NCBI GenBank assembly: GCA_963822945.1
Contig: CAWGJO010000020.1
Coordinates: forward strand, 224,001-288,000
Length of the DNA stretch: 64,000 nucleotides
DNA from: an uncultured Gemmatimonadaceae bacterium
GTDB lineage: Bacteria; Gemmatimonadota; Gemmatimonadetes; Gemmatimonadales; Gemmatimonadaceae
Reading direction: 5' to 3'
The notes beneath the pieces are model-generated. The model searched no databases and was not told where the DNA came from. It worked only from the letters and a program-made list of their open reading frames with translations. Position 1 is the first letter of the stretch. Each line of letters begins with the position of its first letter. Below are positions 38,357 to 48,400 of this stretch, one piece after another. A program made the translations under genes and the position numbers.

Positions 38357-40599
38357 CTCGGCGCGCCTGTCCCCGTCGAGTCCACGCGAGCCCCGCGCCC
38401 TGAACCCCCGCCGCCCTTCTTGGGGGGCGGGATATAGAACGGACTCGTGGTATCGGGGATGCGCTTGGGCACGAGAACAGCCGGGGTCGTGTCGGGTTTG
38501 AGCACGATGCCGTGAGCCGTATGCACGTCGCAGGGCTGCGTGGGCTCCGTGCCGGCGATGTACACCTCGGTCATCACATCGGCCGCGGGGCAGTACGGAT
38601 TCCGCAGCATGTTGGTGGTGAAGTCGATGTCACGGGAGACGATGCCCTCGGGACGCGGCCAATCGGGCGGCGCCGGTTTCCGACGATACACCTCGGTCAT
38701 GAACGACGTCCAGGCCGGTGCCGCCAGGAGTCCGCCCTGGGCATTGGCCTTGATCTTGGCGGGCTTGTCGAGGCCGATCCAGACGCCCGCCACGAGATCC
38801 GCCGTGTAGCCGATGAACCACACGTCGGCGCCGTCATTCGTGGTCCCCGTCTTGCCGCCGGCCGGCAGGTGGAAGTACTGCCCCACCGATCCACGCGCCG
38901 ATCCCCTGGTAATCACGTCCTTCATCATGTCCACCATGAGCCACGCCTGCTGCGGCGTGAGAATCGTGCTCAGCTTCGGGTTCTGCTGCCAGAGCACCTT
39001 CCCGTCGGCGCTCTCCACGCGGGTGATTCCGATGGGGGAAGCCCGCGTGCCGAGGGTGGCGAAGGTGGAATAGGCGGAGATCAGTTCGATGGGGTACACG
39101 TCGGCGGCGCCGATGTGGATGGACGGATAGGGCGGGATCGGCGTGGTGATGCCGAACCGGCGCGCCTCGTCGATCACGTTCTGCTCGCCGAGCTGCATCC
39201 CCATGCGGATGGCCGGCACGTTGCGCGACTGGTAGAAGGCGCGGCGCAGGGTCATGCGGCCCTCGAACTTCAGGTCGAAGTTCTGCGGGGTCCAGTCGGT
39301 GCCGTCGATCTGCGGCACCGCCAGCGGCTCGTCGTCGAGGAGGTACGAGGGCGGATAGCCGGCCTGGATCGCCGTGGAGTAGAGGATCGGCTTGAAGGTG
39401 GATCCCGGCTGCCGCAGCGCCTGGGTGGCGCGGTTGAATTTGGAGTCGTCGAAGTCGCGGCCGCCGACCATGGCGAGCACGGCGCCGGTGCGCGGGTCCA
39501 TGGCCACGAACGCGCCCTGCAGGTAGGGCGAGTTGTCGTCGGCGCGGGTCTGCCCTTCGTTGGCCTGGGCCAGGTACTGCTCCAACGTGGGGTGGTGGTA
39601 CGGGCCGTACTTCCCGGCCTCGATGGCCTCAATCTGCGTTTCGAGCGCGCGCTCGGCGGCCGACTGCAGGTCGGGGTCGAGCGTGGTGTAGATCTTGAGG
39701 CCCTGCTGGTACAATCGCTGCCCGAACCGGGCGTCGAGCTGCTGGCGGATCCACTCGATGAAGTACGGCGCCACGTCGCCAGACTCGGAGCGGCCGGCGA
39801 GCTGCAGCGGATAGGCTTTGGCGAGACTCGCGTCGGCGTTGCTGACCAGTCCGTCCTTGCGCATCAACTCGATGATCGTGTTCCGGCGCTGGACGGCGCG
39901 GTCGGGAAACCGGCGCGGGTCGTAGCGGCTGGGCGCCTTTGGCAGTGCGGCCAGCGTGGCCGCTTCGGCCAGGTTGAGATCGCGCACCGACTTGCCGAAG
40001 TAGCGCTGCGACGCCGTCTCCACTCCGTGCGCCCCATTGCCCAGATAGATCTGGTTCAGGTACAGCTCGAGAATCCGGTCCTTGGAATACCGCCGCTCGA
40101 TGGCCAGCGCCACCTTGGCTTCCTTGAGCTTTCGCACCAGCGACTTCTCCCGCGAGATGCGCTGGGGAAACACGTTGCGCGCCAACTGCATCGTGATCGT
40201 CGAGAATCCCTGCGCGTAGCCTCCGCTGCGCAGGTTGCGCAATCCGGCGCCGAACACGCGGATGAAATCGATCCCGTGGTGCGAGTAGAAGCGCTTGTCT
40301 TCGGTGGCGAGGAAGGCGTCGCGCACCACCGGCGGAATGTCGGCCAGCGCGATCAGCGTGCGCCGCTCCATGCCCAGCTCGGTGATGAACCGGCCGTCGG
40401 CGGCGTAGACCTTGGAGGTCTGGCGTGGCGTGTAGGCTTCGAGCACACCGACCGATGGACAGCGCCCGGCGCTGCAGACCAGCGTCCAGCTCGACACGGC
40501 CACGCCGGCGCCGAAGAACACGACGAAGGCGCCGGCGACGTAGGTCCAGCGCATGATCTCGGGATGCCGCTTGCGGAAGCGGTACAGGGGAAGTCGCAC
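38353..40599 (-). CDS. Class A penicillin-binding protein (PBP1A family)
   Basis: EDKRFYSHHG, STITMQL, GSTFK, SRN and KTG motifs. The start is uncertain (GTG 40599 or ATG 40554). Confidence 0.93.
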   Translation of the reverse strand: MRLPLYRFRKRHPEIMRWTYVAGAFVVFFGAGVAVSSWTLVCSAGRCPSVGVLEAYTPRQTSKVYAADGRFITELGMERRTLIALADIPPVVRDAFLATEDKRFYSHHGIDFIRVFGAGLRNLRSGGYAQGFSTITMQLARNVFPQRISREKSLVRKLKEAKVALAIERRYSKDRILELYLNQIYLGNGAHGVETASQRYFGKSVRDLNLAEAATLAALPKAPSRYDPRRFPDRAVQRRNTIIELMRKDGLVSNADASLAKAYPLQLAGRSESGDVAPYFIEWIRQQLDARFGQRLYQQGLKIYTTLDPDLQSAAERALETQIEAIEAGKYGPYHHPTLEQYLAQANEGQTRADDNSPYLQGAFVAMDPRTGAVLAMVGGRDFDDSKFNRATQALRQPGSTFKPILYSTAIQAGYPPSYLLDDEPLAVPQIDGTDWTPQNFDLKFEGRMTLRRAFYQSRNVPAIRMGMQLGEQNVIDEARRFGITTPIPPYPSIHIGAADVYPIELISAYSTFATLGTRASPIGITRVESADGKVLWQQNPKLSTILTPQQAWLMVDMMKDVITRGSARGSVGQYFHLPAGGKTGTTNDGADVWFIGYTADLVAGVWIGLDKPAKIKANAQGGLLAAPAWTSFMTEVYRRKPAPPDWPRPEGIVSRDIDFTTNMLRNPYCPAADVMTEVYIAGTEPTQPCDVHTAHGIVLKPDTTPAVLVPKRIPDTTSPFYIPPPKKGGGGSGRGARVDSTGTGAPR

Positions 40600-40685
40600 G
40601 ATGGGGTAGAAGCTAATGGCCGCCGCCGACATGCACCAACGCACGGCCTGTGACATTCCCTCAGGCCGCCCCTATTATTCGTGCC

Positions 40686-41981
40686 ATGCTTTCCCACCCC
40701 CTGCTCGACGAACTCCACTGGCGCGGGCTCGTCTACCAGCATACCGACGGGCTTGCCGACGCACTCAACGCCGGCCCCGTCTCGGGCTATGCGGGGTTCG
40801 ACCCCACGGCGCCCAGCCTCCACGTGGGTAACCTGATCCCCGTCATGGGCCTGATGCACCTGCAGCGCCACGGCCACCGGCCCGTGGTGCTGGTGGGCGG
40901 GGGCACGGGACTGATCGGCGATCCCAGCGGCCGGTCCACCGAGCGCGCGCTCGCGTCGCGCGAGGTGGTGACGGCCAACGCCAACGCCATTCTGGGCCAG
41001 CTCGAGCGTTTCATGGACTTCGACGGTCCGCATGGCGCGATCATGCGCGACAACGCCGACTGGCTCACCAAACTCGGCGCCATCGAGTTCATGCGGGACG
41101 TGGGCAAGCACTTCACGGTGAACTACATGCTGCAGAAGGAGTCGGTGAAGACGCGGCTCGAGGGCGGGATCTCGTACACCGAGTTCTCGTACATGCTCCT
41201 GCAGGCGTACGACTTCCTCGAACTCTGGCGGCGCGACGGGGTGACGCTCCAGCTCGGCGGCAGCGACCAGTGGGGCAACATCACCGCGGGCATCGAACTC
41301 ATCCACCGCGCCGAGGGAACGGACGCGCAGGGGCACGCGCTCACGCTGCCGCTGGTCACCACGGCGAGCGGCGCCAAGTTCGGCAAGAGCGAGGCCGGAG
41401 CCGTGTGGCTCGATGCCGAACTCACCTCGCCCTACCGGTTCTACCAGTACTGGATCAACACCGACGACCGGGACGTGAGCCGGTACCTGCGCTTCTTCAC
41501 GCTCCTGTCGCGCGACGACATTCTGGGTCTCGACCGGGCAACGGCCGAGCACCCCGAACAGCGCGAGTCGCAGCGGGCGCTGGCCCGGGAGATGACGCGG
41601 CGCCTGCACGGCGACGACGCGCTACTCGCCGCCGAGGAGGTGTCGGGCTTCTATTTCGGGGGCCTGGAGCCGTCGGCGCTGTCGGTCCAGGCGCTGGAGC
41701 AGCTGCGCCGCGAGACCCCGTTCGCGGAGGTCCGGGAGCCCGACGTTCGCGGCGAGGCGGCGGGACAGCTGGACGTGCTCAAGCTGATGACGGCGGCCGG
41801 CATGGCGAAGTCGAACGGCGCCGCCAGGCGCCTGCTCGAGCAGGGGGGCGTCTCGGTGAACAAGCGCAAGCTGGCGGCGTCGGAGCGATACGTCGAAAGC
41901 GCAGCGGTGTTCCTGGCCGGACGGTACGTGATCCTCGGCAAGGGCAAACGGGAGTACGCGCTGGTGCACGTCACCGGCTGA
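40686..41981 (+). CDS. tyrS: Tyrosine--tRNA ligase
   Basis: GFDPTAPSLHVGN, GGSDQWGNI, KFGKS motifs and an S4 domain. Confidence 0.96.
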   Translation: MLSHPLLDELHWRGLVYQHTDGLADALNAGPVSGYAGFDPTAPSLHVGNLIPVMGLMHLQRHGHRPVVLVGGGTGLIGDPSGRSTERALASREVVTANANAILGQLERFMDFDGPHGAIMRDNADWLTKLGAIEFMRDVGKHFTVNYMLQKESVKTRLEGGISYTEFSYMLLQAYDFLELWRRDGVTLQLGGSDQWGNITAGIELIHRAEGTDAQGHALTLPLVTTASGAKFGKSEAGAVWLDAELTSPYRFYQYWINTDDRDVSRYLRFFTLLSRDDILGLDRATAEHPEQRESQRALAREMTRRLHGDDALLAAEEVSGFYFGGLEPSALSVQALEQLRRETPFAEVREPDVRGEAAGQLDVLKLMTAAGMAKSNGAARRLLEQGGVSVNKRKLAASERYVESAAVFLAGRYVILGKGKREYALVHVTG

Positions 41982-41984
41982 CGG

Positions 41985-43139
41985 CTACGACGCCGCCATC
42001 ACCTCGAGGGCCCGCGCCACGTCGCCGTCGGTGGTGAACCCGTGGATGGCGAGCCGCATGGCGCCCTCGCGCTGCGAGTGGGCGATGCCGGCCGCCTTGA
42101 GCCGCTGGCTCGTGGCTTCGGGATCGGGCGGCGCCACGCAGACGATCCCCGCCCGCCGCGCCGCGTCGGCCGGCGTCACGAGCCGCATGTCGTCACGCCC
42201 CTGGGCCCACGCCACCACCACGTCGGCCAGCCGTTCCACGTGCGCCGCCACCGCGGCCGGCCCCAGCTCGCGCAACAGCTCCAGGCTGGTGTTCATGCCC
42301 GCGAAGTCCTGGAACGGCACCGTGATGAATTCGAATCGGCGCGCGTCGTCGCGCCAGGTCATGTCGTAGTCGAGCAACTTGCGAAAGTCGTCGGATCCCT
42401 TGACCGCCATCCAACTCACGAACGGAGGGTCGAGGGTGCGGATGAGGTCTTCCCGCACGTACGTGAACCCGGCGCCCCAGGGCGAGAGCAGCCACTTCTG
42501 CGCGCCGCAGCTCAGGATGGCCGGCTGCACCGCCCGCACGTCGAGCGTCAGCGGGCCGAGTCCCTGGATGGCGTCCACCACCAGGTGCACGTTCCGGGCG
42601 CGGCAGCGGCGCCCCAGTTCGACGAGGTTCACGCGGTAGCCGGTGGCGAATCCCACCCAGCTCACCGCCACGATCTTCACGGCCGGATCGTCCACGGCGG
42701 CCAACAGTGCCGCCTCGTCGGGCAGTCCGTCGCGCAGCGGCACCACACGCACCGTGGCCCCGCGGCGCGGCGCGAGTTCGAGCCATGGGTACATGTTCGC
42801 CGGGAACTCGCCGTCGGGCACGACCACCACGTCGCCGGGCCCCAGCGGGAGCGCCGCGGCCGCCACGTTGATGCCGTAGCTGGTGTTCACCGACAGCGCG
42901 ATCTCGGTGGGGCTGGCGTTGATCAACTCCGCTACGAGCCGGCGCGAATGCGCGAGCGTGTCGAACAGCAGCTCGTCGGGCATCCGATGCGGCATGTGCC
43001 GGAGATCGGTGAACGCGGCCACGGCGTCCACGGTGCGCCGCGGCAGCGGTCCGGTGGACGCGCTGTTGAGGAACACCGCCGTGGCAGAATCCATCCAGGG
43101 GAACTCGCGCGCGCGAAGCGCGTCCACGTCGTAGCTCAT
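41985..43139 (-). CDS. Class V PLP-dependent aminotransferase (cysteine desulfurase-like)
   Basis: FLNSASTGP, VDAIQ and GAQKWLLSP motifs. Confidence 0.88.
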   Translation of the reverse strand: MSYDVDALRAREFPWMDSATAVFLNSASTGPLPRRTVDAVAAFTDLRHMPHRMPDELLFDTLAHSRRLVAELINASPTEIALSVNTSYGINVAAAALPLGPGDVVVVPDGEFPANMYPWLELAPRRGATVRVVPLRDGLPDEAALLAAVDDPAVKIVAVSWVGFATGYRVNLVELGRRCRARNVHLVVDAIQGLGPLTLDVRAVQPAILSCGAQKWLLSPWGAGFTYVREDLIRTLDPPFVSWMAVKGSDDFRKLLDYDMTWRDDARRFEFITVPFQDFAGMNTSLELLRELGPAAVAAHVERLADVVVAWAQGRDDMRLVTPADAARRAGIVCVAPPDPEATSQRLKAAGIAHSQREGAMRLAIHGFTTDGDVARALEVMAAS

Positions 43140-44008
43140 GTCTGTGGAGCCTCGGGAACGGAACGCGCCTTTCCGGCGCTCCGCGGGTCGAGGGCGTCGC
43201 GGAGCGCGTCGCCCAACAGGTTGAAGGCCAGCACGGTGATACCGATGGCGAGGCCGGGCGCCACCGACGTCCACGGCGCCGATCGCAACTGCGACAGGTC
43301 GCGGGCATCGGCGATCATCGCGCCCCAACTGGGCGTCGGCGGCTGGACGCCGAGCCCCAGGAACGACAGCGAGGACTCGGCCATGATCGCGGCCGCGATG
43401 CCCAGCGTGGCCGCGATCACCACCGGGGCGATCACGCTCGGCAGCACATGGCGCAGCATGACCCGGCCGTCGCGCGCGCCGAGCGCCCGCGAGGCCTGCA
43501 CGAACTCCAGTTCGCGCACCACCAGCACCTGGCCGCGGACCAGCCGGGCCATGGCCGCCCAGCCGACGAAGCCGATGGTGAGGAAGACGATCGTGAGCGA
43601 CGGCTGCAGAGCGGCCACCAGTGCGATGAGCAGCAGCAGCGTCGGAAAGGCGAGCGTGACGTCGGCCAGCCGCATGACGGCCTCGTCCACCCAGCGTCCG
43701 TAGTACCCGGCCACGAGCCCCAGCGCGAGCCCGAGCGTGAGCGCGATGGCCTGCGAGAACACGCCCACCGAGAGCGAGACCCGCGCCCCGTACACCAGCC
43801 GCGCCCACACGTCGCGTCCCTGCACGTCGGTCCCGAGCCAGTGGGCGCCGCTCGGCGGCAGCAGTTGAGCGCGCAGATTGATGGCCAGCGGATCGTGACG
43901 GGCCACGATCGGCGCGCCGATCGCCGCGATCGCAATCAGTACGATGACGGCCACGGAGAACCAGGCCCGCGCGTCGTGGCGGAGCGAAACGCCGGCGCGC
44001 GACGTCAC
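43136..44008 (-). CDS. Peptide/nickel ABC transporter permease (DppC/OppC)
   Basis: HWLGTD..GRD, ESSLSFLGLG..PPTPSWG and NLLGDALRDALDP motifs. Confidence 0.9.
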   Translation of the reverse strand: MTSRAGVSLRHDARAWFSVAVIVLIAIAAIGAPIVARHDPLAINLRAQLLPPSGAHWLGTDVQGRDVWARLVYGARVSLSVGVFSQAIALTLGLALGLVAGYYGRWVDEAVMRLADVTLAFPTLLLLIALVAALQPSLTIVFLTIGFVGWAAMARLVRGQVLVVRELEFVQASRALGARDGRVMLRHVLPSVIAPVVIAATLGIAAAIMAESSLSFLGLGVQPPTPSWGAMIADARDLSQLRSAPWTSVAPGLAIGITVLAFNLLGDALRDALDPRSAGKARSVPEAPQT

Positions 44009-44946
44009 GAGGGGTCTCCGAGCTCCGGCGGCGTACCCGGCTGCTGGTGCTTCCACCGCCGGTGGTGCCAGAAGTACTGCTCCGGCACGCGGCGCACCCA
44101 GCGTTCGAGCACCATGCTGTACGCGGCGACCATGGCGTCGACGTCGGCCTCGCGGTCGCCCGTGCGCACCGTCTCGACGGCTTCGAAGCTGAGCACGAAC
44201 CGTCCGCTCGGCTGCCGAATGGCCGCACCGAACACCATGGGCGAGTCGAGGCGGAGCGCGAACACCGCCGGACCGCGCGGCGTCTTGGCGAGCCGGCCGA
44301 AGAAGGGCACCCAGGTGGAGGCGAGCCCCACCGCGCCCTGATCGAAGAGGAACGCCACGGCGCGCCCGCTGCGGAGCGATCGCGGCACCACGCGCACCGC
44401 GTCGGCGTCGTGCACCACCTGCATGCCGATGCGCCGCCGTGTGCGCGTGAGGTAGCCGTCGAACAGCGGATTCTCCATCCCGCGGGCCACGACGTCGAGC
44501 GGCACCCCGCGGGCAGCGATGTAGGAACCGCCGAGCTCCCAGTTGCCGATGTGCCCGGTGAGCAGGATGACGCCCCGTCCCATGGCCCGCGCGCGCTCGA
44601 AGGTCTCCCAGTTCTCGACGCGTTCGAACAGGTCGAGTACCTGGTCGCGGGAGTACGAGGGGAGAACGGAGGTCTCGATGAACGTGCGCCCCAGGCTGTC
44701 GTAGCTGGCGCGCGCCACGTCGGCCACGCGCTCTGGGGCCCAGTCGGGGAAGGCGGCGCGCAGTTGGCGTTCGACGACGGCGCGCCGGATGCCCACCGGC
44801 GCGTAGCCGAGTCGGCCCAGCCACCCGCCCACGGCGCTCGCGCCGTGGAAGCCGAGCATCCGCAGGACCCCCACGCCGCCCCGCAGCGCCGCGTACTGCA
44901 CGCGGTGCGACGCCGTGATGCGGTGGGGCCGCCCACCGGCGCTCAT
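44005..44946 (-). CDS. Lipid A lauroyl/lysophospholipid acyltransferase (LpxL/HtrB family)
   Basis: GHIGNWE, DQ, VPFFG and PEQYFWHHRRWK motifs. Confidence 0.9.
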   Translation of the reverse strand: MSAGGRPHRITASHRVQYAALRGGVGVLRMLGFHGASAVGGWLGRLGYAPVGIRRAVVERQLRAAFPDWAPERVADVARASYDSLGRTFIETSVLPSYSRDQVLDLFERVENWETFERARAMGRGVILLTGHIGNWELGGSYIAARGVPLDVVARGMENPLFDGYLTRTRRRIGMQVVHDADAVRVVPRSLRSGRAVAFLFDQGAVGLASTWVPFFGRLAKTPRGPAVFALRLDSPMVFGAAIRQPSGRFVLSFEAVETVRTGDREADVDAMVAAYSMVLERWVRRVPEQYFWHHRRWKHQQPGTPPELGDPS

Positions 44947-46820
44947 GCGTCGGCGCTGGGCGGCGCCGAGTCCGCGGTCGACGCCCTGTCGGCGGCGGGC
45001 ACCAGCGCCGGCTCGTCGCGGAACTGCATGGAGTGCAGCCGGTGGTACGCCCCGCGCAGATCGAGCAGTTCCTGATGCGTGCCCCGCTCCACGATCCGCC
45101 CGCGATCGAGCACGAGGATCTGGCTGGCGTGCGTGATCGTGGACAACCGGTGCGCGATCACGAACACCGTGCGTCCGGCCAGGAGGCGATCGATCGCCTC
45201 CTGCACGAGCCGCTCCGATTCGGTATCGAGCGCGGACGTGGCTTCGTCGAGAATGAGAATCGGCGGATCGGTGAGCAGGGCGCGGGCGATCGCGATGCGT
45301 TGCCGCTGGCCTCCCGAGAGGCGGGTGCCGCGCTCGCCGAGCACGGTGTCGTAGCCCTCGGGCAGCTCGGCGATGAAGCCGTGCGCGTTGGCCGCGCGGG
45401 CGGCGGCCTCCACCTGGGCGTCGGTGTACTGGCCGCTGGCACCGTAGGCGATGTTGCGGCGCACCGTATCGTTGAACAACACGGTATCCTGACTCACGAT
45501 CCCGGTGAGCGCGCGCAGCGACGGGAGCGTGATCTCGCGCGTATCGACGCCGTCGAGCAGAATGCGCCCGCCGGTCGGTTCGTAAAAGCGGGGGATCAGG
45601 TCGACGAGCGTACTCTTCCCCGCCCCGCTCGCGCCCACCAGGGCGACCACCTCGCCCTTGCGGGCAACGAAGCCGACGTCGCTGAGCACGGGCTCGTCGT
45701 CGTATGCAAAGGTGACCGCCTCGAACTCGATGTGATCGCGGAATTCGCTCACGTGTGTGCGGCCGCGGTCGGTGGCGGCCTCGGTGGGCTGATCGAGCAC
45801 GCCGAACAGCCGCTCGGCCGCTGCCATGGACTGCTGCGCCGTGGTCGGCATCTGCGAGAGTTGCTTGAGCGGCGGCAACAGCCGCATGACCAGAATCATG
45901 AACGTGATGAGCGTGGCGCCGTCGAGGGCCGGAACCGTCGCCGGCGTCAGCACCTCGCGGGCCCCGATCCACAGGATGACCACCGCCACGCCGGTGCCGA
46001 TGACTTCGGTGAGCGGCTGGGAGAGCACGGCCATACGCGCCACGCGCACCATGCCGCCCGAATATCGGTGGTTGGCGTCGGTGAAGCGCCCGTCCTCGTA
46101 CGGCTCGGCGCCGAACGACTTCACCAGGCGGATGCCGCTCACCACCTCCTGCAGCACGCTCGTGATCTCGCCGTAGTCGTTGCGCAGGCGGCGGTAGGCC
46201 CGGCGCAGCTTCCGCAGAATCGGCTGCAGGGCCAGCGTGAGCAGCGGCGCAACGATGAGCGACAGCACCGTGAGCTTCACGGAGATCGTGAGCAGCACGA
46301 AGACGGTGGCCACGATCTGTGCCGCGTTCTGGATGCTCTTGGTGACCATCTCCGTGACCAGCGCCTTCGTCTGCTCCGTGTCGGAGAGCACCTTGGAGAT
46401 CACCTGTCCGGTCTTGGTGCGCTGGAAATAGCCGAGCGGCAGACGCTGGAGGTGAGTGAAGACGCTGTCGCGAAGGTCCCGCGTGACGAGCTCCTGCAGC
46501 GAGGCCCCAAGCTGGCCGCCCATCCACACGAAGACGTTCTTGACGGCGACGATGATCACGATGACGACGATCATCGCCTCGAGCGACTGCAGGGGATGCA
46601 GCGGATCGAGGAACGCGCCCACCAGCCGGTCCTGGATCGCCTTGATCACCCCAGATGGGGGTGTCAGGGTGGACTGGTGGAACAGCGAGTTGAGAAACGG
46701 AATGAGGAGCGTGAACGAGAACGCGTCGAGCACCGCCGCGATCACGCTGCTGCCGATGGTCCCCGCCATGCGCCACCAGTGCGGGCGCAGGTAGCTCAGT
46801 AACCGGCGGTATTGGTTCAT
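44943..46820 (-). CDS. msbA: MsbA-like lipid ABC exporter
   Basis: TM domain plus [25 protein letters not shown] and IAHRLST; adjacent to the lpxL-like gene. Confidence 0.82.
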   Translation of the reverse strand: MNQYRRLLSYLRPHWWRMAGTIGSSVIAAVLDAFSFTLLIPFLNSLFHQSTLTPPSGVIKAIQDRLVGAFLDPLHPLQSLEAMIVVIVIIVAVKNVFVWMGGQLGASLQELVTRDLRDSVFTHLQRLPLGYFQRTKTGQVISKVLSDTEQTKALVTEMVTKSIQNAAQIVATVFVLLTISVKLTVLSLIVAPLLTLALQPILRKLRRAYRRLRNDYGEITSVLQEVVSGIRLVKSFGAEPYEDGRFTDANHRYSGGMVRVARMAVLSQPLTEVIGTGVAVVILWIGAREVLTPATVPALDGATLITFMILVMRLLPPLKQLSQMPTTAQQSMAAAERLFGVLDQPTEAATDRGRTHVSEFRDHIEFEAVTFAYDDEPVLSDVGFVARKGEVVALVGASGAGKSTLVDLIPRFYEPTGGRILLDGVDTREITLPSLRALTGIVSQDTVLFNDTVRRNIAYGASGQYTDAQVEAAARAANAHGFIAELPEGYDTVLGERGTRLSGGQRQRIAIARALLTDPPILILDEATSALDTESERLVQEAIDRLLAGRTVFVIAHRLSTITHASQILVLDRGRIVERGTHQELLDLRGAYHRLHSMQFRDEPALVPAADRASTADSAPPSADA

Positions 46821-47089
46821 CAGCGGCGCGGCAGGGGGCGCACGACGTCGAACATGCGACCGCGCGCCCACCCGGCCGCGTCGCTCGCACGGCTCGTCCT
46901 CTCCTCCCGGAACCCGTTGTTACGCAGATACATGCGGGGGGTATCGGAAGCCTCCGCCTCGTCGTCCATCCTGAGGACGGAACTCGCCAGGTGCGCCATG
47001 TGTCCAGAATGTAGTCCTCCGAAAAACACCGAGCAACGGACTCCGCCTCGTCGCTGGCGATCGAGGCTCGCGCGCTCCAGATTGCCCGC

Positions 47090-47491
47090 GTGCCCGCCCC
47101 ACTTCCCCCGTACGCGGTCGTCCCGCCCGTCTTCCCCTTCCCGGCACTCGCCGCCGGCGCCGGACACGCGCCGCTCGGCGGCAACCGTGAAGTGCTGCTC
47201 GCCTGTTTCGTCGGCGCGCGCCTGGCACACGATGCCCTCGACACGGAGGCCGGCCCGGTGCCGCCGTCGCTGCGACGCACGCGCGCCCGCGGCGCACGCA
47301 CGTGGCTGGGCTCGCTGGCCGTTCCGACCGGAGTGCGGGGGCCGGTGGGCAAGCTCATCGACGCATCGGCCGCCGACGATTCGAGGGCGCTTCACCATGC
47401 CCTGCTCGCGGTGATCGCTGTCACGGCGGCGTACGTCGATTCCGCGTCACGTTCAGACCTCGAACGCCTGGCGCAAACTCTTGCCCCATAA
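47090..47491 (+). CDS. Hypothetical protein
   Basis: 133-aa ORF with coding-like composition, directly upstream of the dnaB-like gene. Confidence 0.6.
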   Translation: MPAPLPPYAVVPPVFPFPALAAGAGHAPLGGNREVLLACFVGARLAHDALDTEAGPVPPSLRRTRARGARTWLGSLAVPTGVRGPVGKLIDASAADDSRALHHALLAVIAVTAAYVDSASRSDLERLAQTLAP

Positions 47492-47537
47492 GGCGATTCT
47501 GCTTGCCGGCCCCCGCCGGTGCCCCACAATATCCGCC

Positions 47538-48389
47538 ATGGTCAGAAGCACCGACATCTCACCGATTTCCCAACTGCTCTCGCGCGTGGATGCGATAGCC
47601 GACGGCGCCCCCGCGCTCGACACCATTTCGAGCGGATTCCAGAGCGTCGATCAGATGCTCGGCGGCGGCCTGCGCCGCGGCGATCTGCTCGTGCTCGGCG
47701 GCGACGTCGGGAGCGGGAAGTCGGCGCTCGCCCTCGCCGTCGCGCTGCGCGTGGGCCGCGAGCGGGTGAATGCTGCGTTCTACTCCGGCGAGATGATGCC
47801 CGAGCGGGTGATGGAGCGCGCCCTGGCCATTGAGGGACGCGTCCGCGTCGACGACCTGCGCCAGGGATCGCTGGACGATCGGGCGCGCGCCGCCGTGGGA
47901 GCCGCCGCCGTCCGGTTGCGCGATACGATGCCGCGCATCGAGCGCATGCCCCGGGGCGGCGTTGCGGCCCTCGGCGCCGAACTGGAGTCGCAACCGGACG
48001 TCGAACTGCTGGTCGTCGACTCCCTGGAATCGCTGGTCGAGGGCACGCGCCCTCGTGACGAGGAGCTGGCCCAGGCCGTGGTGGACCTCAAGATGCTCGC
48101 CCTCCGCCGCAGCATCGCCGTGCTGACCACCACGCAGCTCCCCGGCCTCGCGCCGCGCGAGGACCGCCGGCCCCATCTCGACGACTTCGGTGCGCTGGGC
48201 GCCGTCAAACACCACGCCGACGTGATCCTGGCGCTCTATCGCGAGGCGATGTACGAGCCGGAACGCGAGATCGAAGGCGCCACGGAATTGCTCGTGCGCA
48301 AGAACCGCAACGGCGCTACGGGATACATCGACCTGTACTTCTACGCGCAGTGGATGCGGTTCGAAGACATGCTCGACCCCGACCGCTAG
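47538..48389 (+). CDS. DnaB-like helicase, C-terminal ATPase domain only
   Basis: GDVGSGKS Walker A, YSGEM, LLVVDSL, TTQL, ADVILALYR and KNRNG motifs; no N-terminal domain. Confidence 0.85.
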   Translation: MVRSTDISPISQLLSRVDAIADGAPALDTISSGFQSVDQMLGGGLRRGDLLVLGGDVGSGKSALALAVALRVGRERVNAAFYSGEMMPERVMERALAIEGRVRVDDLRQGSLDDRARAAVGAAAVRLRDTMPRIERMPRGGVAALGAELESQPDVELLVVDSLESLVEGTRPRDEELAQAVVDLKMLALRRSIAVLTTTQLPGLAPREDRRPHLDDFGALGAVKHHADVILALYREAMYEPEREIEGATELLVRKNRNGATGYIDLYFYAQWMRFEDMLDPDR

Positions 48390-48400
48390 GAGAGCGCCCC

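Noticed and set aside
47538..48389. Prophage replication module
   Set aside because: No phage genes flank the dnaB-like gene, and its codon usage matches the host.
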